Below the pieces are notes generated by a model. It was not told where the DNA came from. It searched no databases and worked only from the letters and a program-made list of their open reading frames with translations. From a virus (Duplodnaviria > Heunggongvirae > Uroviricota > Caudoviricetes): a stretch of 46,738 nucleotides of DNA. The position numbers and the translations under genes were made by a program. Each line of letters starts with the position of its first letter. The first letter of the stretch is position 1. Positions 1 through 9,200 of this stretch are shown here, piece after piece. The stretch is taken from IMG/VR virus record IMGVR_UViG_2563366826_000001; one strand, written 5' to 3'.

Positions 1-1284
1 TTACTTCTTCGCCTCTGCAACCACTTTACTACCCACGCCGCGGTTATTGTATTCCCACATGCGGTTGTAGTTAGTGTCATTCAGATTGCGCTGTATTTCG
101 TCGTTATCATCTACGCTGCCGGTATTACCCGCAAACGGACGATTAGAGATCACCGCATCGGCCCACGGTTTAGCCGTGTTAAAACCTTCGTTGATGGCGC
201 TATCACGGATCACCACCTGACCGTTGGTATTGGCATCAACATCCAGCGAGCGGCCCAGTTGCGCCACACCATCACCGAAAGCATTGAAACGGCTGTTTAC
301 GGCGAGGAAACCGTAGTAAATGTTGGACAGCGTAGCCGGTGCAAACACATACGCTTCTTGCTGAGTACGTGAGTTCACCACGCGGAATTCGGTGTTATCG
401 AACACCACTGCGCCGCGACCAGAAACGATATCCACATCCCCTTCAATGTAGCTGTTGGTCACCAGCGTACGCGGCTGACGGTTGGTTTCCAGACGGTTCT
501 GCACACCGCTGTTGGTGACAAAGAAGGTGTTCTGACGACCGAGAATGTTAACGTTGTTAATCTGTACCTGGTCACCATCAGTACGCAGTGCCACCGCCGG
601 ATGGTTACCTGCATCTACGCTATCGCCCAGCGTGTTTTCGATGGTCAGATTTTGCAGTTGCAGGCCATTGTTTTGTGACCAGAAGACCGCAGAGCAGAGA
701 ACACCGATACTGTCGCTGCGTTTGCTCTGGCAGCTATCGTACATATACCACGCTGGTTTACCTGGCATATATTTGCCGCGCGGGTTGACGTCGTGACGCC
801 AGTCGGCAGGGCTCATGCCCCCATCAAGGGAAAGCCCAATCTTCACATCAATCGGTTTTTCACCTGTACCGTACAGAGTAATTCCACCCGGAGCAGCAGG
901 GACATACACCGTTCCCTGATACTCACCAGGCATCACGGCAATATACTGGCGCTTGTTAGTGCGCTTGATAATTGCCGCATCTACCGCCGCCTGAATCGTG
1001 GTATGCGTTACACCTTGAGTACCCGCCGGGCCGACAACAAAGTCAGGTTGCGCAGGCAGGGTAATCGGGGAAGGATTCCACGCTGCAGCACCTGGTGTCA
1101 GGGATGCAAAATAGTGTTGAGCATCGAAATTCTGCGCTTCTTTTGCCGACAGAATCGGGCGAGAAGAGGTACCAGGCGCGGTTTGATCAGAAGGACGTTG
1201 ATCGGGTGGTGTTGAGCTACAGGCGGTCAGCGTCACGCCAAAAGCCAATGCCAGCGCCAGACGGGAAACTGAAAATGTGTTCAC
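1..1284 (-). CDS. ybhC: Host outer-membrane lipoprotein YbhC (pectinesterase-family), full length 427 aa
   Basis: 427-aa ORF with signal peptide and lipobox (LTAC); recognised as the E. coli gene that flanks the lambda attachment site. Confidence 0.85.
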   Translation of the reverse strand: MNTFSVSRLALALAFGVTLTACSSTPPDQRPSDQTAPGTSSRPILSAKEAQNFDAQHYFASLTPGAAAWNPSPITLPAQPDFVVGPAGTQGVTHTTIQAAVDAAIIKRTNKRQYIAVMPGEYQGTVYVPAAPGGITLYGTGEKPIDVKIGLSLDGGMSPADWRHDVNPRGKYMPGKPAWYMYDSCQSKRSDSIGVLCSAVFWSQNNGLQLQNLTIENTLGDSVDAGNHPAVALRTDGDQVQINNVNILGRQNTFFVTNSGVQNRLETNRQPRTLVTNSYIEGDVDIVSGRGAVVFDNTEFRVVNSRTQQEAYVFAPATLSNIYYGFLAVNSRFNAFGDGVAQLGRSLDVDANTNGQVVIRDSAINEGFNTAKPWADAVISNRPFAGNTGSVDDNDEIQRNLNDTNYNRMWEYNNRGVGSKVVAEAKK

Positions 1285-1320
1285 AGGTTGCTCCGGGCTA
1301 TGAAATAGAAAAATGAATCC

Positions 1321-1440
1321 GTTGAAGCCTGCTTTTTTATACTAAGTTGGCATTATAAAAAAGCATTGCTTATCAATTTGTTGCAACGAACAGGTCACTA
1401 TCAGTCAAAATAAAATCATTATTTGATTTCAATTTTGTCC
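1321..1440. other. attL: Prophage attL (B-O-P'), core GCTTTTTTATACTAA at 1331-1345 followed by lambda P' arm
   Basis: Exact lambda core followed by P'-arm-like sequence (gttggcattataaaaaagcattgcttatcaatttgttgcaacgaacaggtcactatcagtcaaaataaaatcattatttg), directly adjacent to int. Confidence 0.88.
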
Positions 1441-2489
1441 CACTCCCTGCCTCTGTCATCACGATACTGTGATGCCATGGTGTCCGACTTATGCCCGAGA
1501 AGATGTTGAGCAAACTTATCGCTTATCTGCTTCTCATAGAGTCTTGCAGACAAACTGCGCAACTCGTGAAAGGTAGGCGGATCCCCTTCGAAGGAAAGAC
1601 CTGATGCTTTTCGTGCGCGCATAAAATACCTTGATACTGTGCCGGATGAAAGCGGTTCGCGACGAGTAGATGCAATTATGGTTTCTCCGCCAAGAATCTC
1701 TTTGCATTTATCAAGTGTTTCCTTCATTGATATTCCGAGAGCATCAACATGCAATGCTGTTGGGATGGCAATTTTTACGCCTGTTTTGCTTTGCTCGACA
1801 TAAAGATATCCATCTACGATATCAGACCACTTCATTTCGCATAAATCACCAACTCGTTGCCCGGTAACAACAGCCAGTTCCATTGCAAGTCTGAGCCAAC
1901 ATGGTGATGATTCTGCTGCTTGATAAATTTTCAGGTATTCGTCAGCCGTAAGTCTTGATCTCCTTACCTCTGATTTTGCTGCGCGAGTGGCAGCGACAGG
2001 GTTTGTTGTTATATGGCCTTCAGCTATTGCCTCTCGGAATGCATCGCTCAGTGTTGATCTGATTAACTTGGCTGACGCCGCCTTGCCCTCGTCTATGTAT
2101 CCATTGAGCATTGCCGCAATTTCTTTTGTGGTGATGTCTTCAAGTGGAGCATCAGGCAGACCCCTCCTTATTGCTTTAATTTTGCTCATGTAATTTATGA
2201 GTGTCTTCTGCTTGATTCCTCTGCTGGCCAGGATTTTTTCGTAGCGATCAAGCCATGAATGTAACGTAACGGAATTATCACTGTTGATTCTCGCTGTCAG
2301 AGGCTTGTGTTTGTGTCCTGAAAATAACTCAATGTTGGCCTGTATAGCTTCAGTGATTGCGATTCGCCTGTCTCTGCCTAATCCAAACTCTTTACCCGTC
2401 CTTGGGTCCCTGTAGCAGTAATATCCATTGTTTCTTATATAAAGGTTAGGGGGTAAATCCCGGCGCTCATGACTTCGCCTTCTTCCCAT
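1419..2489 (-). CDS. int: Tyrosine integrase Int (356 aa)
   Basis: N-terminus MGRRRSHERRDLPPNLYIRNNGYYCYRDPRTGKEF matches lambda Int; same length; adjacent to attL. Confidence 0.97.
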   Translation of the reverse strand: MGRRRSHERRDLPPNLYIRNNGYYCYRDPRTGKEFGLGRDRRIAITEAIQANIELFSGHKHKPLTARINSDNSVTLHSWLDRYEKILASRGIKQKTLINYMSKIKAIRRGLPDAPLEDITTKEIAAMLNGYIDEGKAASAKLIRSTLSDAFREAIAEGHITTNPVAATRAAKSEVRRSRLTADEYLKIYQAAESSPCWLRLAMELAVVTGQRVGDLCEMKWSDIVDGYLYVEQSKTGVKIAIPTALHVDALGISMKETLDKCKEILGGETIIASTRREPLSSGTVSRYFMRARKASGLSFEGDPPTFHELRSLSARLYEKQISDKFAQHLLGHKSDTMASQYRDDRGREWDKIEIK

Positions 2490-2685
2490 TTCTGATCCTC
2501 TTCAAAAGGCTACCTGTTACTGGTCGATTTAAGTCAACCTTTACCGCTGATTCGTGGAACAGATACTCTCTTCCATCCTTAACCGGAGGAGGGAATATCC
2601 TGCACTCGCGTACCCATCGACGAACTGTTTCAAGGCTTCTTGGGCGTCGCTGGCGTGCGTTCCACTCCTGAAGTGTCAAGTACAT
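2467..2685 (-). CDS. xis: Excisionase Xis (72 aa)
   Basis: MYLTLQEWNARQRRPRSLETVRRWVRECRIFPPP matches lambda Xis; overlaps int 5' end as in lambda. Confidence 0.95.
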   Translation of the reverse strand: MYLTLQEWNARQRRPRSLETVRRWVRECRIFPPPVKDGREYLFHESAVKVDLNRPVTGSLLKRIRNGKKAKS

Positions 2686-2703
2686 CGCAAAGTCTCCGCA
2701 ATT

Positions 2704-2732
2704 ACACGCAAGAAAAAACCGCCATCAGGCGG
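2704..2732 (-). terminator. Candidate rho-independent terminator (ccgcc-tgat-ggcgg + T6) overlapping stop of the small ORF
   Basis: Minus-strand hairpin gccgcctgatggcgg followed by tttttt. Confidence 0.4.
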
Positions 2733-2892
2733 CTTGGTGTTCTTTCAGTTCTTCAATTCGAATATTGGTTACGTCTGCATGTGCTATCTGCGCCCACAGC
2801 ATCCAGTGGTCATAGCAGTCGCTGATGTTCTCGGCTTCGATAACTCTGTTGAATGGTTCTCCATTCCATTCACCTGTGACTCGGAAGTGCAT
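2725..2892 (-). CDS. Small hypothetical protein (55 aa, MHFRVTGEWNGEPFNRV...)
   Basis: Manually translated ATG-to-TGA ORF below the 60-aa cutoff of the ORF track; position equivalent to lambda ea8.5 region. Confidence 0.4.
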   Translation of the reverse strand: MHFRVTGEWNGEPFNRVIEAENISDCYDHWMLWAQIAHADVTNIRIEELKEHQAA

Positions 2893-2974
2893 TTATCATC
2901 TCCATAAAAAAAACTCGCCGTAGCGAGTTCAGATATAATTTTCACCAAAGGCAGTAGTTGCTTTATGCTAAGAA

Positions 2975-3403
2975 TTATTCAATATCTATTCCTGTAATAT
3001 CTTTTATTTTTTTTCTTGCAAAGCCTTTTGCTAGTGATTTTGAAACACTCATAAGAGTACCAATTCCCTCATCCTTAAAGTTTGTTTTTATAGCTTGCCA
3101 GACCTCCTTTTGACGTAAGTCAGCAATAAAATCATGCCCTCTTGCTGTCAACCTCAGTGGTACTTCGAGCCAACTATATTCAACACCTTCCCCTAACTCG
3201 TTGGACATTATATGACCGAACCCAGGTTTTCCATCAACCCTAACTATTAATTCGTAGTCACATAATAATCGCATATGGAAAATAAAATTTTGGTCATATC
3301 TATTAAAGCCATTATCCTCTAGTTCACTAAGCATCGTGTCAGGGCCATAAGTTTTTTCGAATGCGATAAGTAGATCTTTTAGATATTGCTGGTCTAATTT
3401 CAT
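2975..3403 (-). CDS. Hypothetical protein (142 aa), AT-rich accessory gene
   Basis: ORF with GGAGG RBS 8 nt upstream; low GC relative to flanking lambda genes. Confidence 0.6.
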   Translation of the reverse strand: MKLDQQYLKDLLIAFEKTYGPDTMLSELEDNGFNRYDQNFIFHMRLLCDYELIVRVDGKPGFGHIMSNELGEGVEYSWLEVPLRLTARGHDFIADLRQKEVWQAIKTNFKDEGIGTLMSVSKSLAKGFARKKIKDITGIDIE

Positions 3404-3431
3404 TGCCGCCTCCGTGACATGTCACAGAGAT

Positions 3432-3770
3432 TTATATCATTAATTTTGTTTCGTGCCAGCCTTTGGTCACCCAGTATTGTGAGTCACCATTACACGGGCA
3501 TGAATTAACAGGAACTCTCTCGCCGCACTTACGGCAACGTTTTCTGCTAATCGATTTTATACGCCAGCGCACACGTGCATCATCCTGGCGGCTCAGTAAC
3601 GCTATGTACTCACCAAACTCGTAAGGCGCACGCCTGAAGCGGCGCGTGGCTCAGTTACGCTCCAGCATTTCAATTTCCTGAGCATCAAGTACAAGCTCCA
3701 GCTTACGCATACCGGATGATGCTTGCTTGGCTCTCTGATCGGCTTTGCGCTCTGCTGCTGATTTAGTCAT
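3432..3770 (-). pseudogene. Small zinc-ribbon-like ORF interrupted by an in-frame TGA (39 aa + TGA at 3651-3653 + 72 aa); pseudogene or opal read-through candidate
   Basis: Manual translation MTKSAAERKADQRAKQASSGMRKLELVLDAQEIEMLERN-TGA-ATRRF...CRKCGERVPVNSCPCNG...; single frame throughout. Confidence 0.35.
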
Positions 3771-4063
3771 TCTGCTTTTCCTGCATCAGGAGAAAGACAA
3801 TCATGGCGGCGCGGATACTTCCGGTATCTTTTTACGCGATATTACCCTTCAATGACACATACAAGAAGACAGCCATCAGCAGGAATGAGTGAGGAATCGA
3901 CAACCAGTAACGCTTAATTATCTATAGTGTCGTATTTGCTTCATAAAATATGGCGAATAACACAAAGCCCGCAGCAGCTCATTGTGCGGACTTTTCTTAT
4001 ACTTACTTCCTAGAGATAATTCTATGGAGGCATTAAATTAATGCTGTCATTGGTAATATCATA

Positions 4064-4678
4064 TTATCTAAAAGTCTTTCCACTTTTAACGTCTAGATAT
4101 ATTCTGTTCGACAACGTCATTCCTCCGCAATATGTGAAATAGATGTTTTCACCCTTATTGCTTGATGCCATCCACCCTCCAACTTCCTTAAAATCGCTCT
4201 CCGTGCAGACACCTTCACTTATTAACTTCCTAGCTGCCGAAGAAAACTCTTTTTTGTATATACGGTAGTCATCAGATCCTTTGATTAAGGTATCATTTCT
4301 GCTCGCATTTTCAGCAGGATCTGATGGCCTTTCACTGCTAAGATCACTAAGTTTAACCCATTCTGAAAACTTGCCATTAACGATTCCGTTTTTTCTTGTG
4401 CAGGATTTATTACCTTCTTTAATATATTCGCTTTCCCCTCCCACACATGAGGCTGAATATGGCTCAGTTATACGAACCCATTCACCTTTTTTTTCTAGAA
4501 AATCTACGCCTTCCCTGAAAAATAGTTTCCCAGCCACTCCACATTTACTTGAAGGGCAGGTATGTCTTTCCGTTCGATCAACAACAACCCAAAGTTTTGA
4601 TTCATTTTTTGCCATTGCCGATGGTATTTGAGATGAGAAAATTAACGTAAGCCCTAAAATTAGTGTTGATTTTTTCAT
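4064..4678 (-). CDS. Secreted Cys-rich hypothetical protein (204 aa) with N-terminal signal peptide
   Basis: MKKSTLILGLTLIFSSQIPSAMA signal-peptide-like N-terminus, multiple Cys; strongly AT-rich. Confidence 0.65.
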   Translation of the reverse strand: MKKSTLILGLTLIFSSQIPSAMAKNESKLWVVVDRTERHTCPSSKCGVAGKLFFREGVDFLEKKGEWVRITEPYSASCVGGESEYIKEGNKSCTRKNGIVNGKFSEWVKLSDLSSERPSDPAENASRNDTLIKGSDDYRIYKKEFSSAARKLISEGVCTESDFKEVGGWMASSNKGENIYFTYCGGMTLSNRIYLDVKSGKTFR

Positions 4679-4928
4679 TGTAATTTCCTTTTACTTTTTA
4701 CAAAGCATTTAATCATGACTGATTATCTCTAAGCGTAGTAACAGCCTTGTGCGAAACATGTTACCAAATCGCCATTTCAGTGTATCCACAGTTAGGCTGC
4801 CACTTCAAGGATTCCTAGTTACATGGTACGTAAGCGTAATATCCCGTTGGTTGGCAGGTAATAACTCTGATCAATTCTCCCTTGTCTTTTGCTCTTACGT
4901 ATGCAAATCTTGTACATTCAACCTAGGC

Positions 4929-5231
4929 CTACAGTTCAGCAATACGCTTACTTCCATCCGAGATAACACCTTCGTAATATTCACGCTGCTCGTTGAGTTT
5001 TGATTTTGCTGCTTCCAGCTCAACGCGCAGCTTTCCTACCGTTAGCGCAATTTCCTCGTTCTCCTGGTCGCGGCGTTTGATGTATTGCTGGTTTCTTTCC
5101 CGCTCATCCAGCAGTTCCAGCACAATCGATGGTGTTACCAATTCATGGAAAAGGTCTGCGTCAAATCCCCAGTCGTCATGCATTGCCTGCTCTGCCGCTT
5201 CACGCAGTGCCTGAGAGTTAATTTCGCTCAC
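4929..5231 (-). CDS. Hypothetical coiled-coil protein (100 aa), possibly Ead/Ea22-like
   Basis: ORF overlapping the next gene by 4 nt; acidic/coiled-coil composition; family assignment tentative. Confidence 0.5.
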   Translation of the reverse strand: MSEINSQALREAAEQAMHDDWGFDADLFHELVTPSIVLELLDERERNQQYIKRRDQENEEIALTVGKLRVELEAAKSKLNEQREYYEGVISDGSKRIAEL

Positions 5232-5449
5232 TTCGAACCTCTCTGTTTACTGATAAGCTCCAGATCTTCCTGGCAACTTGCACAAGTCCGACAACCCTGA
5301 ACGACCAGGCGTCTTCGTTCATCTATCGGATCGCCACACTCACAACAATGAGTGGCAGATATAGCCTGGTGGTTCAGGCGGCGCATTTTTATTGCTGTGT
5401 TGCGCTGTAATTCTTCAATTTCTGATGCTGAATCAATGATGTCTGCCAT
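5228..5449 (-). CDS. TraR/DksA-family C4 zinc-finger protein (73 aa)
   Basis: CCECGDPI...CRTCASC four-cysteine motif with size typical of phage TraR-like proteins. Confidence 0.7.
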   Translation of the reverse strand: MADIIDSASEIEELQRNTAIKMRRLNHQAISATHCCECGDPIDERRRLVVQGCRTCASCQEDLELISKQRGSK

Positions 5450-5547
5450 CTTCCATTAATCCCTGAATTGTTGGTTAATACGCTTGAGGGTGAATGCGAA
5501 TAATAAAAAAGGAGCCTGTAGCTCCCTGATGATTTTGCTTTTCATGT

Positions 5548-5763
5548 TCATCGTTCCTTAAAGACGCCGTTTAACATGCCGATTGCCAGGCTTAAATGAG
5601 TCGGTGTGAATCCCATCAGCGTTACCGTTTCGCGGTGCTTCTTCAGTACGCTACGGCAAATGTCATCGACGTTTTTATCCGGAAACTGCTGTCTGGCTTT
5701 TTTGATTTCAGAATTAGCCTGACGGGCAATGCTGTGAAGGGCGTTATTATGTTCTATTGTCAT
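5548..5763 (-). CDS. Hypothetical protein (71 aa, MTIEHNNALHSIARQ...)
   Basis: ATG-initiated version of the 5548-5901 ORF; the longer form would overlap the upstream gene. Confidence 0.45.
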   Translation of the reverse strand: MTIEHNNALHSIARQANSEIKKARQQFPDKNVDDICRSVLKKHRETVTLMGFTPTHLSLAIGMLNGVFKER

Positions 5764-5770
5764 ATTGGCC

Positions 5771-6523
5771 TCACACTTCGAATGCCAGTTGAGGGGTAAA
5801 GACGTCCCGTTCAGCGTTGTAATTAAGTGAACTGGCACTGTTGAATGATTCAATGCGTTCCACAAGAACTTGCGTACGGGTTTCTTTACTTGCGGGAGCA
5901 TATGGCGAACCTACCCAGGATTTGTCGATGCCTATATTTCTTGCGACGTTCGTGCTGTCTGCAGACGAAAGCGGTACATGAGTAAAAATGTCTTTATTTA
6001 ACATCCGTAACCCATGAATCTTGGTGATTGGGTAGCCGTACTGATCTACAACATGACGTATAAGATCGCGTAGTTTAGCCCGACACGCTCTCGGTCGTTT
6101 TGCATCGTATTCCCCCATCGAGCCGATGCAGACGCGGGGAAACTCATGGCACAGACGAATAAATCGCTCATCTGGTTCGTTCATGTGCCACACCGGAGCA
6201 CCAATAAATTTACCGTGAGGCCATGCCGCAATCAGGGCGTCATTCTCTTCACTGGTTCCGCCGATAACATCCGGGATAACCGCGAATGAGAAACGAGGGT
6301 GATTACCCCAGCGTTCAACAAATCTGTAATATTCATTCCAGTCTACGGCCTTGTTTTTTGTCCAGAATGTGAATGCACCATTATCAAGAGCAAATGATTG
6401 GGTGACTTCGGAAGCCAGATCAATCTGAGCTGGATTAGCAAAACTGATGAATGCGTGTCTGCCTTTCCAGGCTTTCAACGCACAGGTATCGGGAGTTATT
6501 GGACCACCGTGAAAATGAATCAT
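5771..6523 (-). CDS. Hypothetical protein (250 aa)
   Basis: ORF translationally coupled (ATGA) to the upstream small ORF; function not recognised. Confidence 0.6.
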   Translation of the reverse strand: MIHFHGGPITPDTCALKAWKGRHAFISFANPAQIDLASEVTQSFALDNGAFTFWTKNKAVDWNEYYRFVERWGNHPRFSFAVIPDVIGGTSEENDALIAAWPHGKFIGAPVWHMNEPDERFIRLCHEFPRVCIGSMGEYDAKRPRACRAKLRDLIRHVVDQYGYPITKIHGLRMLNKDIFTHVPLSSADSTNVARNIGIDKSWVGSPYAPASKETRTQVLVERIESFNSASSLNYNAERDVFTPQLAFEV

Positions 6524-6678
6524 ACACTCTCCCGTTTATTATTTATCTCCTCAGCCAGCCGCTGTGCTTTCAGTGGATTTCTGATAACAGAAAGGCCGGG
6601 AAATACCCAGCCTCGCTTTGTAATGGAGTAGACGAAAGTGATCGCGCCTACCCGGATATTATCGTGAGGATGTTTCAT
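6520..6678 (-). CDS. Small protein resembling lambda orf60a (52 aa, [24 protein letters not shown]...)
   Basis: Manual translation; ATGA overlap with exo stop and with downstream start; resembles lambda orf60a from memory. Confidence 0.5.
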   Translation of the reverse strand: MKHPHDNIRVGAITFVYSITKRGWVFPGLSVIRNPLKAQRLAEEINNKRESV

Positions 6679-7355
6679 CGCCATTGCTCCCCAAATACAA
6701 AACCAATTTCAGCCAGTGCCTCGTCCATTTTTTCGATGAACTCCGGCACCATCTCGTCAAAACTCGCCATGTACTTTTCATCCCGCTCAACCACGACATA
6801 ATGCAGTCCTTCACGCTTCATACGCGGGTCATAGTTGGCAAAGTACCAGGCATCTTTTCGCGTCACCCACATGCTGTACTGCACCTGGGCCATGTAAGCC
6901 GACTTTATGGCCTCGAAACCACCGAGCCGGAATTTCATGAAATCCCGGGAGGTAAACGGGCATTTCAGTTCAAGGCCGTTGCCGTCACTGCATAAACCAT
7001 CGGGAGAGCAGGCGGTGCGCATATTTTCGTCGCGATAGATGATCGGGGATTCAGTAACATTCACGCCGGAAGTGAATTCAAACAGGGTTCTGGCGTCGTT
7101 CTCGTACTGTTTTCCCCAGGCCAGCGCTTTAGCGTTAACTTCCGGAGCCACACCGGTGCAAACCTCAGCTAGCAGGGTGTGGAAGTAGGACATTTTCATG
7201 TCAGGCCACTTCTTTCCTGATCGGGGCTTTGCTATCACGTTGTGAACTTCTGAAGCGGTGATGACGCCGAGCCGTAATTTGTGCCATGCATCATCCCCCT
7301 GTTCGACAGCTCTCACGTCGATCCCGGTACGCTGCAGGATAATGTCCGGTGTCAT
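6675..7355 (-). CDS. exo: Lambda exonuclease (Red-alpha), 226 aa
   Basis: [43 protein letters not shown] matches lambda Exo. Confidence 0.96.
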   Translation of the reverse strand: MTPDIILQRTGIDVRAVEQGDDAWHKLRLGVITASEVHNVIAKPRSGKKWPDMKMSYFHTLLAEVCTGVAPEVNAKALAWGKQYENDARTLFEFTSGVNVTESPIIYRDENMRTACSPDGLCSDGNGLELKCPFTSRDFMKFRLGGFEAIKSAYMAQVQYSMWVTRKDAWYFANYDPRMKREGLHYVVVERDEKYMASFDEMVPEFIEKMDEALAEIGFVFGEQWR

Positions 7356-8137
7356 GCTGCCACCTTCTGCTCAGTGGATTTCTGTTTCAGGAATCCAAGA
7401 GCTTTCACTGCTTCGGCCTGTGTCAGTTCTGACGATGCGCGAATGTCGCGGCGAAATATCTGGGAACAGAGCGGCAATAAGTCGTCATCCCATGTTTTAT
7501 CCAGGGCGATCAGCAGAGTGTTAATCTCCTGCATGGTTTCATCGTTAACCGGAGTGATGTCGCGTTCCGGCTGACGTTCTGCAGTGTATGCAGTATTTTC
7601 GACAATGCGCTCGGCTTCATCCTTGTCATAGATACCAGCAAATCCGAAGGCCAGACGGGCACACTGAATCATGGCTTTATGCCGTAACATCCGTTTGGGA
7701 TGCGACTGCCACGGTCCGGTGATTTCTCTGCCTTCGCGGGTTTTGAATGGTTCGCGGCGGCATTCATCCATCCACTCGGTAACGCAGATCGGATGATTGC
7801 GGTCTTTGCGGTAAATCCGGCATGTGCAGGATTCGTTATCCTGTTCAAAGTCCATGCCGTCAAACTGCTGGTTTTCGTTGATGATGCGGGACCAGCCATC
7901 AACGCCCACCACCGGAACGATGCCGTTCTGCTTATCAGGGAAGGCGTAAATTTCTTTCGTCCACGGATTAAGACCGTACTGGTTGGCGACGATCAGCAAT
8001 GCGATGAACTGCGCATCGCTGGCATCACCTTTAAATGCCGTCTGGCGAAGAGTGGTGATCAGTTCCTGTGGGTCGACAGAATCCATGCCGACTCGTTCAG
8101 CCAGCTTCCCAGCCAGCGTTGCGAGTGCTGTACTCAT
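7352..8137 (-). CDS. bet: Recombination protein Bet (Red-beta), 261 aa
   Basis: [48 protein letters not shown] matches lambda Bet. Confidence 0.96.
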   Translation of the reverse strand: MSTALATLAGKLAERVGMDSVDPQELITTLRQTAFKGDASDAQFIALLIVANQYGLNPWTKEIYAFPDKQNGIVPVVGVDGWSRIINENQQFDGMDFEQDNESCTCRIYRKDRNHPICVTEWMDECRREPFKTREGREITGPWQSHPKRMLRHKAMIQCARLAFGFAGIYDKDEAERIVENTAYTAERQPERDITPVNDETMQEINTLLIALDKTWDDDLLPLCSQIFRRDIRASSELTQAEAVKALGFLKQKSTEQKVAA

Positions 8138-8142
8138 CCGTT

Positions 8143-8439
8143 TTATACCTCTGAATCAATATCAACCTGGTGGTGAGCAATGGTTTCAACCATGTACCGG
8201 ATGTGTTCTGCCATGCGCTCCTGAAACTCAACATCGTCATCAAACGCACGGGTAATGGCTTTTTTGCTGGCCCCGTGGCGTTGCAAATGATCGATGCATA
8301 GCGATTCAAACAGGTGCTGGGGCAGGCCTTTTTCCATGTCTTCTGCCAGTTCTGCCTCTTTCTCTTCACGGGCGATCTGCTGGTAGTGACGCGCCCAGCT
8401 CTGAGCCTCAAGACGATCCTGAATGTAATAAGCGTTCAT
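8143..8439 (-). CDS. gam: RecBCD inhibitor Gam, short (98-aa) form only
   Basis: [32 protein letters not shown]... matches lambda GamS; upstream frame has an in-frame TAA so the long form cannot be made. Confidence 0.9.
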   Translation of the reverse strand: MNAYYIQDRLEAQSWARHYQQIAREEKEAELAEDMEKGLPQHLFESLCIDHLQRHGASKKAITRAFDDDVEFQERMAEHIRYMVETIAHHQVDIDSEV

Positions 8440-8515
8440 GGCTGAACTCCTGAAAATGGCTGTGAAAATAGCGCCCGCGAAATGCCAGGCTGATTAGGAA
8501 AACAGGAAAGGGGGG

Positions 8516-8806
8516 TTAGTGATTCAGGCCGTTACCGCGTCCGTCGAGAAAAACTTCCACGAGCAAATCACGGGTATAAGTGCGCTCGATGCCGCGATGC
8601 AGATAAAGCCGTCCGCGTAAATTAGCTGATGCAGTCCAGGTACCATCTTTGTGTTTGACCAGCATTCCTGGCATGACCGCGCCGCGATTAACGGTCTGCG
8701 TTCCGTAATGTTGATGAACCATAAAAACTCCTGCCCGTAAGCTGGGCTGCTGAACATATAGAGACTTCTGCGCGTATTCAGGCGGTGGATGGCCGCCGGT
8801 TGTCAT
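8516..8806 (-). CDS. Hypothetical early-left operon protein (96 aa, MTTGGHPPPEYAQKS...)
   Basis: ATG with GAGG RBS; the 136-aa form in the ORF track starts at a TTG; position corresponds to lambda kil/cIII/N region. Confidence 0.5.
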   Translation of the reverse strand: MTTGGHPPPEYAQKSLYVQQPSLRAGVFMVHQHYGTQTVNRGAVMPGMLVKHKDGTWTASANLRGRLYLHRGIERTYTRDLLVEVFLDGRGNGLNH

Positions 8807-9004
8807 AACTAAGCCGCCTCGTTGAAGCGACTGAGGTATAAAGTGTTGTGTTGATTTCAGCTGGTCACACCGACGTTCACGCGTCCGCTTCACCCCTCGC
8901 ACTCCCCGGAGCCTGCTGAAATTCAAGCTGCGGATCTAAGCGGTCATCGCAACGGTGAATCAGGTGGTTGCCGTATCGTTGTGTTGTTGCGATATGGTGA
9001 TAAT

Positions 9005-9050
9005 AGCTATTGCTATTGGTGATATCAATACTTATTGCTATTGGTTAATG
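9005..9050. promoter_or_regulatory. Candidate oL operators/pL region: two direct copies of TATTGCTATTGGT (9008-9020, 9033-9046) flanking a TGATATCA palindrome
   Basis: Repeat seen in sequence; related copies occur in the cI-cro intergenic region. Confidence 0.45.
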
Positions 9051-9169
9051 TGTTTTGATATTAAATGTTTGATAGCAAAAAGAATTAATTTTGTGACTTG
9101 CATCGCATAGCGATAACTGAAGCAGTAGTGTGGTGGTTTTTTGAGCGGTGTGTGATGAGAGGAGGGGAC

Positions 9170-9200
9170 AAAAGAAAACCCGGCACGGTGGCCGGGTTAT
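9170..9200 (-). terminator. Rho-independent terminator downstream of the two-gene module
   Basis: Hairpin cccggc-acggtg-gccggg; on the minus strand followed by ttttcttttg. Confidence 0.55.

Noticed and set aside
545-1316. Several plus-strand ORFs opposite ybhC
   Set aside because: Antisense to a full-length, recognisable host gene; no RBS or start context.
2554-2907. 117-aa plus-strand ORF overlapping xis and the small minus-strand gene
   Set aside because: Antisense to xis and to the manually identified small ORF; no RBS; probably a shadow.
3651-3653. Selenocysteine recoding of the in-frame TGA codons (also 15650-15652)
   Set aside because: No SECIS-like stem-loop was recognised immediately downstream and the context is a small phage ORF; read-through or pseudogene are simpler explanations. 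Not supportable from sequence alone.
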